DNA of 64,000 bases from Sphagnum compactum (lineage: Eukaryota), in assembly GCA_965153455.1 (NCBI GenBank), contig OZ234493.1:17536213-17600212 (forward strand), written 5' to 3'. A model generated the notes under the pieces. It was not told where the DNA came from. It worked only from the letters and a program-made list of their open reading frames with translations, and made no database searches. Position numbers and translations under genes: made by a program. Positions 40,481 to 52,479 of this stretch are shown in pieces; the first letter of the stretch is position 1, and every line of letters starts with the position of its first letter.

Positions 40481-41636
40481 ATGAGAAAATTGCTTGATTG
40501 TCTCTGCTGCCCTTGCAGCTATCTCCTGCTCACTAAGGGTTTCTTTGGTTTGCAAGCCAGAGAGTCTCTCCATGTCTTCTTAGGCTTGAAACCCTCACTA
40601 CTTTGCATTCACCTGCAACCAGAGATTGAAATTGAGCAGACCATGCTACCATAAAAACCATGAGAGCTATGGTGGCTTCCATCATCAACAAGAGAAACTG
40701 TGACAACAATCAAGTTGTGAGAAACTGTGAGGAGTAGTGAGAGTACAGCTTTCTTAGCTGTTATGATATCTCTCAGTCTGTCTGAGGTGTGAGGAAAACA
40801 CAGCTGATCAGCTTCATGTTGATTACTCTGATTGTAGGTGAATGTAAGGTATCTGGATTTCAAGCATAAGAAGATGCAGGAAGCACTTTGGCTTAATAAC
40901 CCACAGAATACCCCATGTGTGGAAGTGAAAATGGCTGCATTGGCACCATGGACTCTACAATTGGACAGTTTTTCATGGAATCGAAGGCTTGCAAAGTATG
41001 TCAAGGCTGAACAATACAAGAAGACACTGGAACTCTTCCAACAAATGCAAAAAGAAGGCATCATTCCTGACACATTCACTTTTGTTCCTATCTTGAATGC
41101 ATGTGCTAATTTGCAAGCACTAGAAGATGGCAGGCATGTTCATGAACGTATCATTCAAAGTGATTGTGAGTCCAATGTGTTTGTTGGGAATAGTCTCATG
41201 GACATGTATGCCAAATGTGGAGCATTGAGGATGCATGGCGAGTCTTCAACAACATGCCCACAAGGGACGTTGTGTCTTGGAATGTTATCATGTCTCTACA
41301 TGTGAAATGTGGGCAAGAGTAGAAAGCATTGGAACTATTTTGATAAATGGAAGAGGACTGTGTAAAGCCAGACCCTGTCACTTTTGTAGGGGTGCTAAAA
41401 GCATATGCCAGTGTATTGGCATTTGAAGAAGGCAAGTGTGCTCATCAACATATCATACATAGTGGTTGCCAGTTTGATGTCTGTATAGGTAGTAGCCTTG
41501 TTGACATGTATGCTAAATGGAAGATGCTAGGAGGGTGTTCAACAAGATGGCCATACGTGACATGGTCTCTTGGACTGCCATGATATTTGGACATGTGAAA
41601 TATGGGCAAAGACAAACAGGCAGTGGAACTCATTCA

Positions 41637-41933
41637 ACAAGGGGTGTGTCACACTGTGGCCTTGCCATTTACAGTAAAAAGTATCTTAAGGCAAACGAAG
41701 AATTATGGAAACTCAAATATTTCACCATGCAAAAATATAGTCTTCAAAAAATCAAAAATCGTCTAAAAGACACCAAAATCCTTCAAGGTATTGTAACTCT
41801 ATAACTAATTTCAACTTTCAACACAAGCCAAAATATCATCTTTCAAAATGATAACATAATAGGTTCATCCCTTAAGCTATTATACTCTAAAATGAATCTA
41901 AACACAATATCCTTGCCTTGGTAGGCAGTGCCA
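41637..41933 (-). mobile_element. Helentron/HINE-like element, copy 2, inserted in the PPR-DYW pseudogene
   Basis: Collinear with 38894-39210. Removing it restores CTC ATT CAA CAA ATG CAA (LIQQMQ). The insertion site reads T^T on the minus strand. Confidence 0.75.
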
Positions 41934-42593
41934 ACAAATGCAACGAAAAGGTGTGCAGCCAGACCATATCAGATTTGTTGGGGTACTTAATGCGCGTGCC
42001 AATCTAGTAGTAGCACTTGAAGAGGGAGAACTTGCTCATGAGTAGATCATACAAACTCATTATGAATCTGATGTCTTTGTGGGGAATAACCTTGTGGACA
42101 TGTATGCCAAATGTGGGAGTATGGCAGATGCTTGGAGATTGTTCAGCAAGATGCATTCCCACAATGAGGTGTCATGGAATGCCATGCTTGGAGGATATGC
42201 CATGGATGGGCATGGTGCGGAAGCTTTTGCACATTTTTGAACAGATGTGTGAAGAAGGTGTGCAAATAAGTCATGTCACTTTTGTCTATATTATTTCATC
42301 TTGTACCTATTGAGGCTTAGTGGATGAAGGTTTTTGGTACTTTGATTCCATGGGTTCACTTTACAAGATTCTTATAACATTGGATAGTTATTCTTTCATA
42401 GGTGATTTTTTGATGTCTTTGTCATATCACTACTCCAAAAGTGAAATGCAATTCACTAACTTGAATCATTTTTGGACCTTAAAAGTGAAATAGGTTCACT
42501 CTACTTTAAACAGTTCACCTTAAACAAATTAATATGTAATTGTCATGTATCATTATTACTGACATGATTTATTATTAGTTAACATAATTCAAT

Positions 42594-43510
42594 ATTAATT
42601 GAAGAAATTCACTATAATAAAATATCTTTGATGTTGTTGGTTTAAGTATCTTGGGGTAATATTGTACCCTAGGCTATTTTACCCCATGTTATTTACTAAT
42701 TGAAACAAATCACTATATTAAAAATTTTAAAATTATGTTGTTGGTTTAAGTATCTTGGGGTAATATTGTACCCTAGGCTATTTTACCCCATGTTATTTAC
42801 TAATTGAAACAAATCACTATATTAAAAATTTTAAAATTATGTTGTTGGTTTAAATATCTTGGGGTAATATTGTACCCTAGGCTATTTTACCCCATGTTAT
42901 TTACTAATTGAAACAAATCACTATATTAAAAATTTTAAAATTATGTTGTTGGTTTAAATATCTTGGGGTAATATTGTACCCTAGGCTATTTTACCCCATG
43001 TTATTTACTAATTGAAACAAATCACTATATTAAAAATTTTAAAATTATGTTGTTGGTTTAAATATCTTGGGGTAATATTGTACCCTAGGCTATTTTACCC
43101 CATGTTATTTACTAATTGAAAAAATCACTATATTAAAAAAATTTAAATTTATGTTGTTGGTTTAATTATCTTGGGGTAATATTGTACCCTAGGCTATTTT
43201 ACCCTATGTTATTTACTAATTGAAGAAATTCACTATACTAAAAAATTGTGTTGTTGGCTTAAATATCTTAGGTTAATATTGTACCCTAGGATATTTTACC
43301 CTATGTTATTTACTAATTGAAGAAATTCACTATAGTAAAACAATTGTGTTGTTGGTTTAAATATCTTAGGATAATATTGTACCCTAAGGTATTTTACCTT
43401 ATGTTATTATTAATTGAAAAAAATTGTTATAGTAGAAAAAAACATTTATGTTGTTGGTTTAAATATCTTAGGTTAATATTGTACCTTATGTTATTTTACC
43501 TTAGGTTATT
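42594..43510. repeat. 104-bp minisatellite, about 9 copies
   Basis: tgttgttgg starts at 42632, 42736, 42840, 42944, 43048, 43152, 43249, 43347 and 43449. The central copies are nearly identical. Confidence 0.95.
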
Positions 43511-46500
43511 TTTAGCTATTCTTGTCTATTTCACCGTAAGCCATCATAAAATATTTTCAACTATTTTAAAATAGTTCACTATAACTTATTATAAGTTATT
43601 CCATTTTAACTTATGTTAAATTACCTACTTCAAGCTCTCTTTGATTATTTTAAGTTATTCCACCTTTGATTATCTTTTATTATTCTAAATTATCTTAGTT
43701 ATTATGGGTTATTTCACCTTAGGTTATTCTAAGTTGTTATTGATTATTTTATTTTAAACTATTATGAATTATACTTTAAAATAACCTAAAAAATAACATA
43801 TGGTTACATCCTAAAACACTTAGGTTTACATAACCTAAAATAATTTACAACAAATAACCTATGATACTTTAAAAAGTAATAGCTTAAAATAGTCAAAATA
43901 GCCTAGGATAAAATAGCCTACAATAGCTTACAATATAATAACATATAATACCTTATAATGGAATAACTTAGGGCAAAATATTTTTAAATAATTTAAGGTG
44001 AAATAACCTAAAATAACCAAGAATAATTCAAAGTACAATAGTTTAAAATAGCCTAAGGTGGAATATTTTTAAATAACTGAAAATAGCCAAAGGCAGAATA
44101 ACTTAATGTGGAAATTTTTTAAATAGCCAAAATAACTTAAAAGAACATCTAGGGTGGAATAATTTAGAATAGTTGAAAATAACCTAGGTTGAAACAACTT
44201 AAAATAGTAAAAAAAAAACCTAAAATAGCATAGGATGGAATAGCTGAATATAGACAAAAATAACTTAGGGAAGAATAAAAATAACCTAAGGTGGAATAAT
44301 TGAAAATACATGCAAATAACTTAGGGAAGAATAACCTAAAATAACATAAGGTGAAATATATTTTCAAATAGTTGAAAATAACTTAAGGTAAATTACTTTG
44401 GAATAATCCAAAGTGGAACAACCTAACATAATAAAAAATAATCTAAAGTATAATAGTTGATAATAGGCTAAGGTAGAACAGTTTAGAATATCTTAAGGTA
44501 TAATACCTTAAGGTGGAATAACCTAAAATATCATAAGGTGAAATATCCTAGAATAGTTGAAAATAACTTAAAGTAGAATAGCTTAAAATAGCATATGGTG
44601 GAATCGCTTAAAATAATCAAAAATGGTTTAGTTTAAAATCACTAAAAAAAATTTGGAAATAAATGACTACAATTTTAGTTGCAAAAAACAAAATTTTAGA
44701 TGTAACGGACACATGCGTCTACAAACCCTGTAGTTGCCTTGGACAAGTGGCAAAAGACAACTAGTCGCAAAAAAAACTCCACGTGGCATGTACAATCACC
44801 TTTGTAATCACATATTGCTTACAATTGCAGGGAGTTTTCATCCATTGACTAGTCATAGGACTATGTGACTATAAATAAAACTACATAAAGTATTAAGCAA
44901 CATTTTTTAAATAATTAAATTTAAATGATTTAAATTTTTTATCACATATATTAAATAAATTATTTATATTTATATAAATTATAGAATACATTAATTCATA
45001 TTATTGGTAATTTCATAAATTTTCAGCCTATGAGTTGTTGACACATGTCACTACTTAAGTTAGGCTTAAAAGTTAATTTCGGCACCTAGGTTAAATAGCC
45101 TAACCATGTAAGGTACATACAATCAACATACCATTGTTGACCACAACTATATAATTTCTAAGGTTTGATCTTTAGACCTAAAGATGGACATCAACTCCTT
45201 TGTCATCAAATCACCCCACTTGATGTGCAAATATAGAGGAATGCATTCTATTTAATTGATAATTGATTTAAGACATTGCACAAACATCAATTTCAATCTT
45301 TCATATTTTATTGATATTTGTCCAAATGGAAAAAAAATTAAGTTGATTCTTAAAATACTTTCAATGACATACACGATTAAATATATTTTACTTCCAAAAA
45401 TGTACATTAATTTGAATAAATGTTTTCTGAATTTTGTTAAATTGAATTATGTCTTGATGATGATTTGCTTAAAAGAAATTTCAAGCACATGTTTTATAAA
45501 TGAAAAATATTTTACAAATAATATTCAATAGTAAATAAATAAATAATTTATCTCCCACATATTAATCCTTCATTTCATTAAAAAAATTTATACAATGTGA
45601 TTATAATATATCATAATTTTAATTAATTCACATATAATTTTTATAAATGGATAATATATCTATCACATTTCAAAAAAAAAAATTTTTTAAATGAGTTATA
45701 ATATTTATGACGAATAGTTTTATATTTTGTATTTTAATATAAATCACATGTAATGTTAGATAATTAATGAATTTGATGGAAATTTAAGGTTTATACTTTT
45801 ACAAATATAATATATAAATTTTATCAAAAATTATGGTAAAAGTCTTATGATCAAATAAATGATATTTTTCTTAGACATCTTAAACCTCTATTTGATTAAA
45901 AAATACATCATACTTGATTATGATTATAATAAGTTGTAGTTTTACCAATAACATTTAATTTACCTGTATAATATATAATTAAATAATCATCATATATAAT
46001 ATTTATAAATAGATCAAACTTCAAATATATTTAATAAAAATATAATAATTTGTATTATCAATGTCAATAAACAATACAAAATACCAATAAACAATTAGAC
46101 ACAAGTTGATTATCAAACAAATATTGTAATTCCAAAGATGCCACATATGTTTTGATCATCAAAATATTGTAAATGAAAAATAATGGCCCTAATTGCCAAA
46201 ACAATTATGACCAGTTGCAAAAATAATTAGGTTTCATCCATCCAAGATCCATCACAATATTGGATGAAAATGTTCACTTTCATTTTATTTTTCCATCCAA
46301 ACATGTAATAGTCACAAATTATAATCACATTTACGACTTCATTTGATTATGTCAACATTATAGTCACATATGTGACTACAATAGTCGTATATATGATTAC
46401 ACCCATTTACGATTAAAATGACACATAGGACTAACCCAACTGTAGTTGTAAAAGTAATTGATTTGGACAGTAGTTGCATTTATAGTCGTAACCATATGGT

Positions 46501-46920
46501 TGGAATGGACAAAATTTCTTCTAGTGAATAGTTTACAATAGCCTAGAGTGGATTAGTTTAAAATAATTTAAGGTCGAACAACTTAAAATAGCCAGAAATA
46601 TCATAGGGTGGAACAATTAAAAATAACCTAAGATGAATTAGCTTAGAATACCCTAGAATCCCCAAAAATAGTTTAAGGTACAATAGTTTAAAATAACCAA
46701 AGGTGAAATATTTAAAATATCTTAAAGTGGAATAGTTTAAAATAAACTAAAATTATTTAGTTTAGAATAGTTGACAATAACCTAAAGTAGAATAGCTTAA
46801 GATTAGTCGATAATCTTAGCTTCATAAAATAGTTTACATTAGCCTAGGAATAACTTGAAGTAGTTTATATTAACCTACACTAACCTAAAACTAACTTAAA
46901 ATCTAACCTATGATAACTTA
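43510..46920. repeat. Degenerate AAAATAACCTAAGGTG(G)AAT short-unit array, interrupted by the nested CACTA
   Basis: The motif recurs over about 43780-44639 and 46527-46920, and in reverse orientation over about 43500-43770. Confidence 0.75.
44640..46526. mobile_element. Nested non-autonomous CACTA element, 1887 bp
   Basis: TIRs CACTAAAAAAAATTT / AAATTTCTTCTAGTG with a perfect 3-bp TSD AAT (44637-44639, 46527-46529) and subterminal tagtcg/tagttg repeats. Confidence 0.85.
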
Positions 46921-48309
46921 CATATAGGTTAAAAAAAGAATGTATATGATAATGTGATAACAAGTCATTTCATTGATTTAAATAATGATTCTCAAATATA
47001 AAGGTGAAAGTAGGTGAAAGGTTCAAACCTTCACAATTACACCTTAAGGTGATGGGCTAAGTTTTTAGAAGCATAAGTTAAGCTAGGTTTTTAGATGTCC
47101 AATCTAACCTAGGTTCCTTGCTTAAGTAACTAATTGCATAGCCTAGGTTGTTAAGTGCCTAGCCCTGATCACCTAACCTATTTATGAACTAAGAAATTAA
47201 TTTAATGAATTGCATCAATTATTAAAAAATTAATTATTAATTGCTTTAATTAATTGTTAGTGAATTCATTTGTTTGTAACAACTAGTCTTCGTTTAATAG
47301 GGCTTGATCATTTTTGTTATGATAAATTTGTCCAAGTTCATTCAAAATTTAATTAAATATAATGTGAACCTAAACACATGTTGTTGTAGTGTCAAAGGTA
47401 AGTGTTAAAGAAATCTCATTAATACAATGACTTGCAAACAAGATGCACCTTGTATGAAGGCATTGCTTGGCGCTTGCACAAAACTCATGATAATCGTTGA
47501 TGAAAGAACACTCTACAAATCAAGTTCTTGAATTGGACCTTGGAAATTCAGCAGGCTATGAAATGCTATCAAATATCTCTGCTGGTGCTGGCAAGTGGGA
47601 TCTCAGTGCAAATGTTCAATGGCAGAGGTTGCAGTGGGGTGTGAAAAAACAATCAAGTCACACCTGGATTGAAGTCAATAATGAGGTGCCGACATTTATA
47701 ATAAATGACCAAGACCATCCTCAGATAAGTGAAATCCATGCAGAACTCAAAAGACAGTTCATGCAAATGCATGATGGAGGGTATGTGCCAGATACAAAAT
47801 TTGTTTTGGATGATGTGGAGGAAGAAGAAGAAGTGTTTCGTCTACATCACCGTACTAGAAACTGGCCATTGCATTTGGGCTCATCAGCACACCACTGGTA
47901 CTCCTATCTGTATCTTCAAGAATCTGCGAATATGTAGGGACTGCCACACTTCCACCAAGTTTATTTCAAAGATAGTTAAGAGGGCAATCATAGTAAGGGA
48001 TACAAATCGATTCTAGCCTATGATGTTGAGGATGGTGTCTGCACTTGCAGAAATTATTGGTGATGACAGCAGCCCATCTTTTCCTTTGTTTATGCTTTTT
48101 TTTGTCCCCCTGTCAAATGGCAAGTTTAGAGTATGCCTAGCAACAAGACAATTTGTGAAGTGTCATATATAACTGCAAGCCAAAGGGAGTACAGCTGATG
48201 AATTCAGTGAGATATGATGGGAGACCAGTTGACCTTTTGTGTGGGAACCAAGCTTTGCAAAACAGTAGAAGCTATTGTTGAACTTTTCCTGGTCTTGCCC
48301 TATGAGGCA

Positions 48310-48508
48310 AAGGTTCGTCCACATTGTGATGTAGCCAGTAGGCAACCTCTGATTGCCTGTTTCTTGAACAACACCTAGCCTGCAGCCCTGACATTAGCAG
48401 CTGCAAGCCAAGGTTCGTCCACATTGTGGTGTAGCCAGTAGGCAACCTCTGATCGCCTGTTTCTTGAACAACACCTAGCCTGCAGCCCTGACATTAGCAG
48501 CTGCAAGC
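48310..48508. repeat. 100-bp direct tandem duplication
   Basis: aggttcgtccacattgtg starts at 48311 and 48411, with about 2 mismatches between copies. Confidence 0.92.
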
Positions 48509-49451
48509 ACGATGAATTTACAGATCCCAATTATTTGTCACAAGCTACATGTTAAGATAGGTGGTGGTATTATTTGTCACTAGCTACATGTTGTATTTGA
48601 ATGTGAGCACACCGTAACCCTCCCAAACCATGGCCGCCCCTTGGCTTTTGGTAGCACTGGAAAGTGCTCAACATGGCAGTGTGCATGTTTGTCATTTTGC
48701 AGTTTTTGGATCAACAAAGCAAAAGTTATTGAATTTTGAGCTATTTTCATCTTTTAAAATTAAAAATGGTTTCTTCAGTCCCCTTTGCCCAATTGTATTG
48801 AGATGGGTGACCGACCTTCCAAGAGGTTTAATACACTTGGGCACTGGAATAGTTTTGAGATGGATGATGGCACAAGTGGTTTAACACACTTGGGCCACCC
48901 ACATAGTGGCCCCCTAGTATCAACTAGCTAACAATTGAAAGGATCCCCTCTTTTAATTCTTAATCTAATGTTATTTTCTTTATTAACTTGTGAATGCTCC
49001 ATGCCATAAGAACTTTAGTTCAATGGACATAAACCATCAAATAATGTGGATAAATGGAACTTAATGTTGTCATTCAGTTATGTAGCATCCATTAAGGTTA
49101 AATGTCAACACACATGAGTACTATGTAATTATCCATGTAATTAGTTGATGGGAATGGCATCCCCATTCATTTGACTTATGAAGAGAAAAACACATCATTT
49201 GTGTGATCACGTGATTGGTACATTTAGTTGTCTTCACCAACTTTTTGGAAATTCCAAATAGTTAATCTTTTATTGTCCAATGAATTCATATTTCAGCATT
49301 GTTTTTCCTGCATTGAGTCATTCCCACCAAATTGTTTCTTGCTTGTTATACATTTGATATTTTTATGCCCCAAATTCATTATTTAGTGCTGATATAATCT
49401 TTTTAGAGATTTGATCATTTGCAAAACATATGGAGAAACATTCACTACTAT

Positions 49452-49550
49452 TTATTCATGCACATGTGGCCCATTCACATGTGCATTTTATTGTTTAACT
49501 ATTTAATCATGCACATATGACCCATTCACATGTGCGTTTTATTGTTTAAC
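49452..49550. repeat. About 50-bp tandem duplication
   Basis: tcatgcacat.tg.cccattcacatgtgc.ttttattgtttaac occurs twice. Confidence 0.8.
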
Positions 49551-50284
49551 GATAGAAGGTGATGTCATTATGTACCAATCGCGTGTCCAGAGTGAATGAC
49601 ATTCTAGAATTTTGGTACTAAATTCAGTGTTTGGTAACACCATTTCCCATGCCTCAAGTACGAATGGGTGTTGTAACCGTGTTTCTAACAGTGTCTATTA
49701 ATTATCTCTCTATTAGGCTTAACAATGTTAACAAGGCATCACAAACATGCTGGCCTTGCCGATAGATAGGATGTTGTACATCTACTTACTATGTCCACAT
49801 TTTGAACACCAAGAAAATCCGATTCAGTCTAAACAGTCTCTTCAGTAGATGTGCTTCATGGAACTGGTGGAAGGTTTGGTTATTAGTGGTTCCCTTTCCT
49901 CCTTGTGGCCTGCCTCTTTTGGACTATTTGCTTGCTTGAACTTTGGTCCTTGCCCCTTGTTTCTTTTTCTCTCCCTTTCTTGGGTGCTTTCTTTTTTAAA
50001 AAGTTTGGGCAGGTTCCTACTACTTTACTACATCAGGTGCAAGTGTTTCAGTGCAATAGTTCATTTGAAGCCAGCTATGAGGTTTTGGACAGTAGATGGA
50101 TGAATTGTCGTAGAGAAGTGATGGATGGATAGTTGGCACTTCAAGCTCACACTTTAAACAGATCTGACATGCTGTCCTTTCTGCAACGGGAAAGAAAAAA
50201 AGAGTTTGCTGCAACTACAACTGTTCTGAATGTTTCCTACTGCTTCTTCAGGGATTAAGTGGGCTGGAGTGAACCAGGACTTAC

Positions 50285-50567
50285 CAGGGTTTCTTTAAAG
50301 GATTTTGGGGTGTAGCCAACATGGTGATCATACAGAAAGTAATTTAGCCAAATTTAGCTACATACTAGATACGAAAGTAGGGAAAAATAAAAATCCTTTC
50401 TATATTCTTGGCTACTACTGGAACTTATCATAACAATCTGGTGATTAGGAATTTTTTTTCTTTGAAATCTGGCGAATCTGGGTCATTTTTTCCATGAAAA
50501 ATTCATTGCATAAATCCAATTTTTCGGTTCGAATTTTGGCGAAAATTCGCCAGTAAAAGATTCACTG
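50285..50567. mobile_element. hAT-type MITE, 283 bp
   Basis: CAGGG...CACTG termini with an 8-bp TSD GGACTTAC/GGACCTAC (1 mismatch). Confidence 0.8.
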
Positions 50568-52479
50568 GGACCTACCAGTGCACCATACAGGATGAATGTT
50601 ATGTGGATAGGAAAACACTTTTTAGCTGTATTCCTGTCCAGTCATTATAACCACTGTAGTTAGTTACGTACTAACTACAGATGTATGTAGCTGCCTAGTG
50701 ACAACCAAATGCCTTTCCTACTTACAAATATTAAATGTAATAGTAAGTATATACACTCCCTACCTATTATACTTTACATGGGTAGTTACTAGTTGCCTAG
50801 GTAGTGCAAGGTGGAAGTAGTAGGGTTTACAGGATAAGTTACCAAGATGGATCCTTGGCAACTGAGTTGTGGTTATAACAAATTTGAGTCCTATAGCAGA
50901 TTTCCACATTATCTGAAATTTTTAAAACACAATAACTAATTTAATTCACAAGTTATTGACAAAAGGACATAACAGGGTTTTGACTTGCTCACCAAAGGGT
51001 TTGAACTTGGGACCTTTGGGTTCCAAATAGGCGGCATAGTATTTACATTGGGGCCATTATCCAGATTATTTGATCCAATACCCACCAATGCATTCATAAA
51101 AACATGCCATCACTCAAGTTGTGGATGAACCACAACTAAGTTACCAAGGTTTAAGCATTATACTTCTGTAATCTTTCTTTAGATTGTCTTTGCAACTTCT
51201 CAACAAAACTCTAGTCTACACTCATTCTGGAGAGAAAAAATGATAGAAACTTGTTTGTAGAAAATGAAAAGGAAGAGGTGTTCTATTGTTTGCAACCTTC
51301 TAAAACGCAATCAGTCGTTTCATGAAGGAACGTTTTGCTTCTTGCTTTACGGTTAATGTCTTAATGATTTGTCCTTTTTCTGTTTTTTTGACACATGTTG
51401 CCTTTTATCTAAATTCATGTTGACAGTAATATGGGCTATAGTTAATGTTTGTTGACATAGTAACTCTGTAGATGAGGCACTAGGTTGTTTTGATGACACC
51501 TCAAAATTTGATGACCTAGTGTTGTCTACATTACAAACTTCTTATGTCGTATGCTAAGTCATCAAATCAATAATGTTTTATTCTAATGTGACAGACTTAT
51601 TTAACCTATAGTCCAATGATTGTGAAACTATATAATCATGGTCTATGAATAATTTCATAACCTATGTTAATTTATATTTGTGTGTTTTTTCTTCCCCCCC
51701 CCCCCCCCCCCCAAATAATATAAATGTTGACTTGAACATATTTGCTACCATGTTTTCTACTTGAAAACAAGAAAATAACAATCTTAAAAAATTCTAACCT
51801 TCCTTTATCATTTCAAAACAAATGAAACTTATATTTTTCTTCATGGGCATCTCTAACCTCCCTTTAACTTTTCAAAACAATTTGTGTCATGTCATTTGGA
51901 CTTGAAAAAATACCACAAAAGTATCCCCGACAATAACGTCATTTTTTAGAAGGTTGGGGATGATTTTAGTTATGAAAACAAACTCCATTAACCAAAAGAA
52001 TTATATTAAAATATTCATTGCATCAATATTGAGGTGCTTGAAAAAAAAACCAAATACTTACAAAAACATTTCACCTACTTTCAAATATTTGAACTTTATT
52101 TTTTTTAACTACCATAAATTTTAGGTCCAATTCAAGTACTTGGAAGTAATTGAAAAAAACATGATTATAACCATTTAGCTTTTGAAGTTCATGCAAACAA
52201 AAGTTAAGAAATAATGTGCCCAAAAATAATATTATTATCCTTATAAAATCGTTTACTTGTTAGTCCTTTTAGTCAAAGACCCCTATATTTTATCAATTCC
52301 ACTACTTTTTGTGTATACTTTACCATGCTTTCACCCAAAAGGCCAAAGGAACAAATTATATTCCAAAGCCCCCACTAGTCGTAAGAAGCATATTAGAAAA
52401 GGAAAGGGAAAGGAAACCTAAAAACACAATAAGCATATAAGAACCTTCATCTACAATGACAATGTGCCTCAAAATAGAA

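Larger units (their letters stand above)
42428..47391. mobile_element. Non-autonomous CACTA element of about 4.96 kb including a nested element, filled with tandem arrays
   Basis: CACTAC...GTAGTG termini sit where the PPR frame breaks (CAT AT | T CAA, followed by NLINTMTCK). The 3-bp TSD is not preserved (TAT vs TCA). Confidence 0.75.
40874..48063 (+). pseudogene. PLS-class PPR protein with E/E+/DYW domain (RNA-editing-factor type), pseudogene interrupted by TEs; coding remnants at about 40874-41636, 41934-42427 and 47392-48063
   Basis: [121 protein letters not shown] and DGVCTCRNYW*. Multiple stops and frameshifts. Confidence 0.92.

Noticed and set aside
41635..41937. CAACAA as a 6-bp TSD around the insertion in the PPR
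   Set aside because: Copy 1 at 38894 also begins ACAAGGGG, so ACAA belongs to the element and the apparent TSD is probably coincidental.
42594..43510. Regular repeat array as a possible CRISPR array
   Set aside because: The units are contiguous with no unique spacers, there are no cas genes, and the context is eukaryotic.
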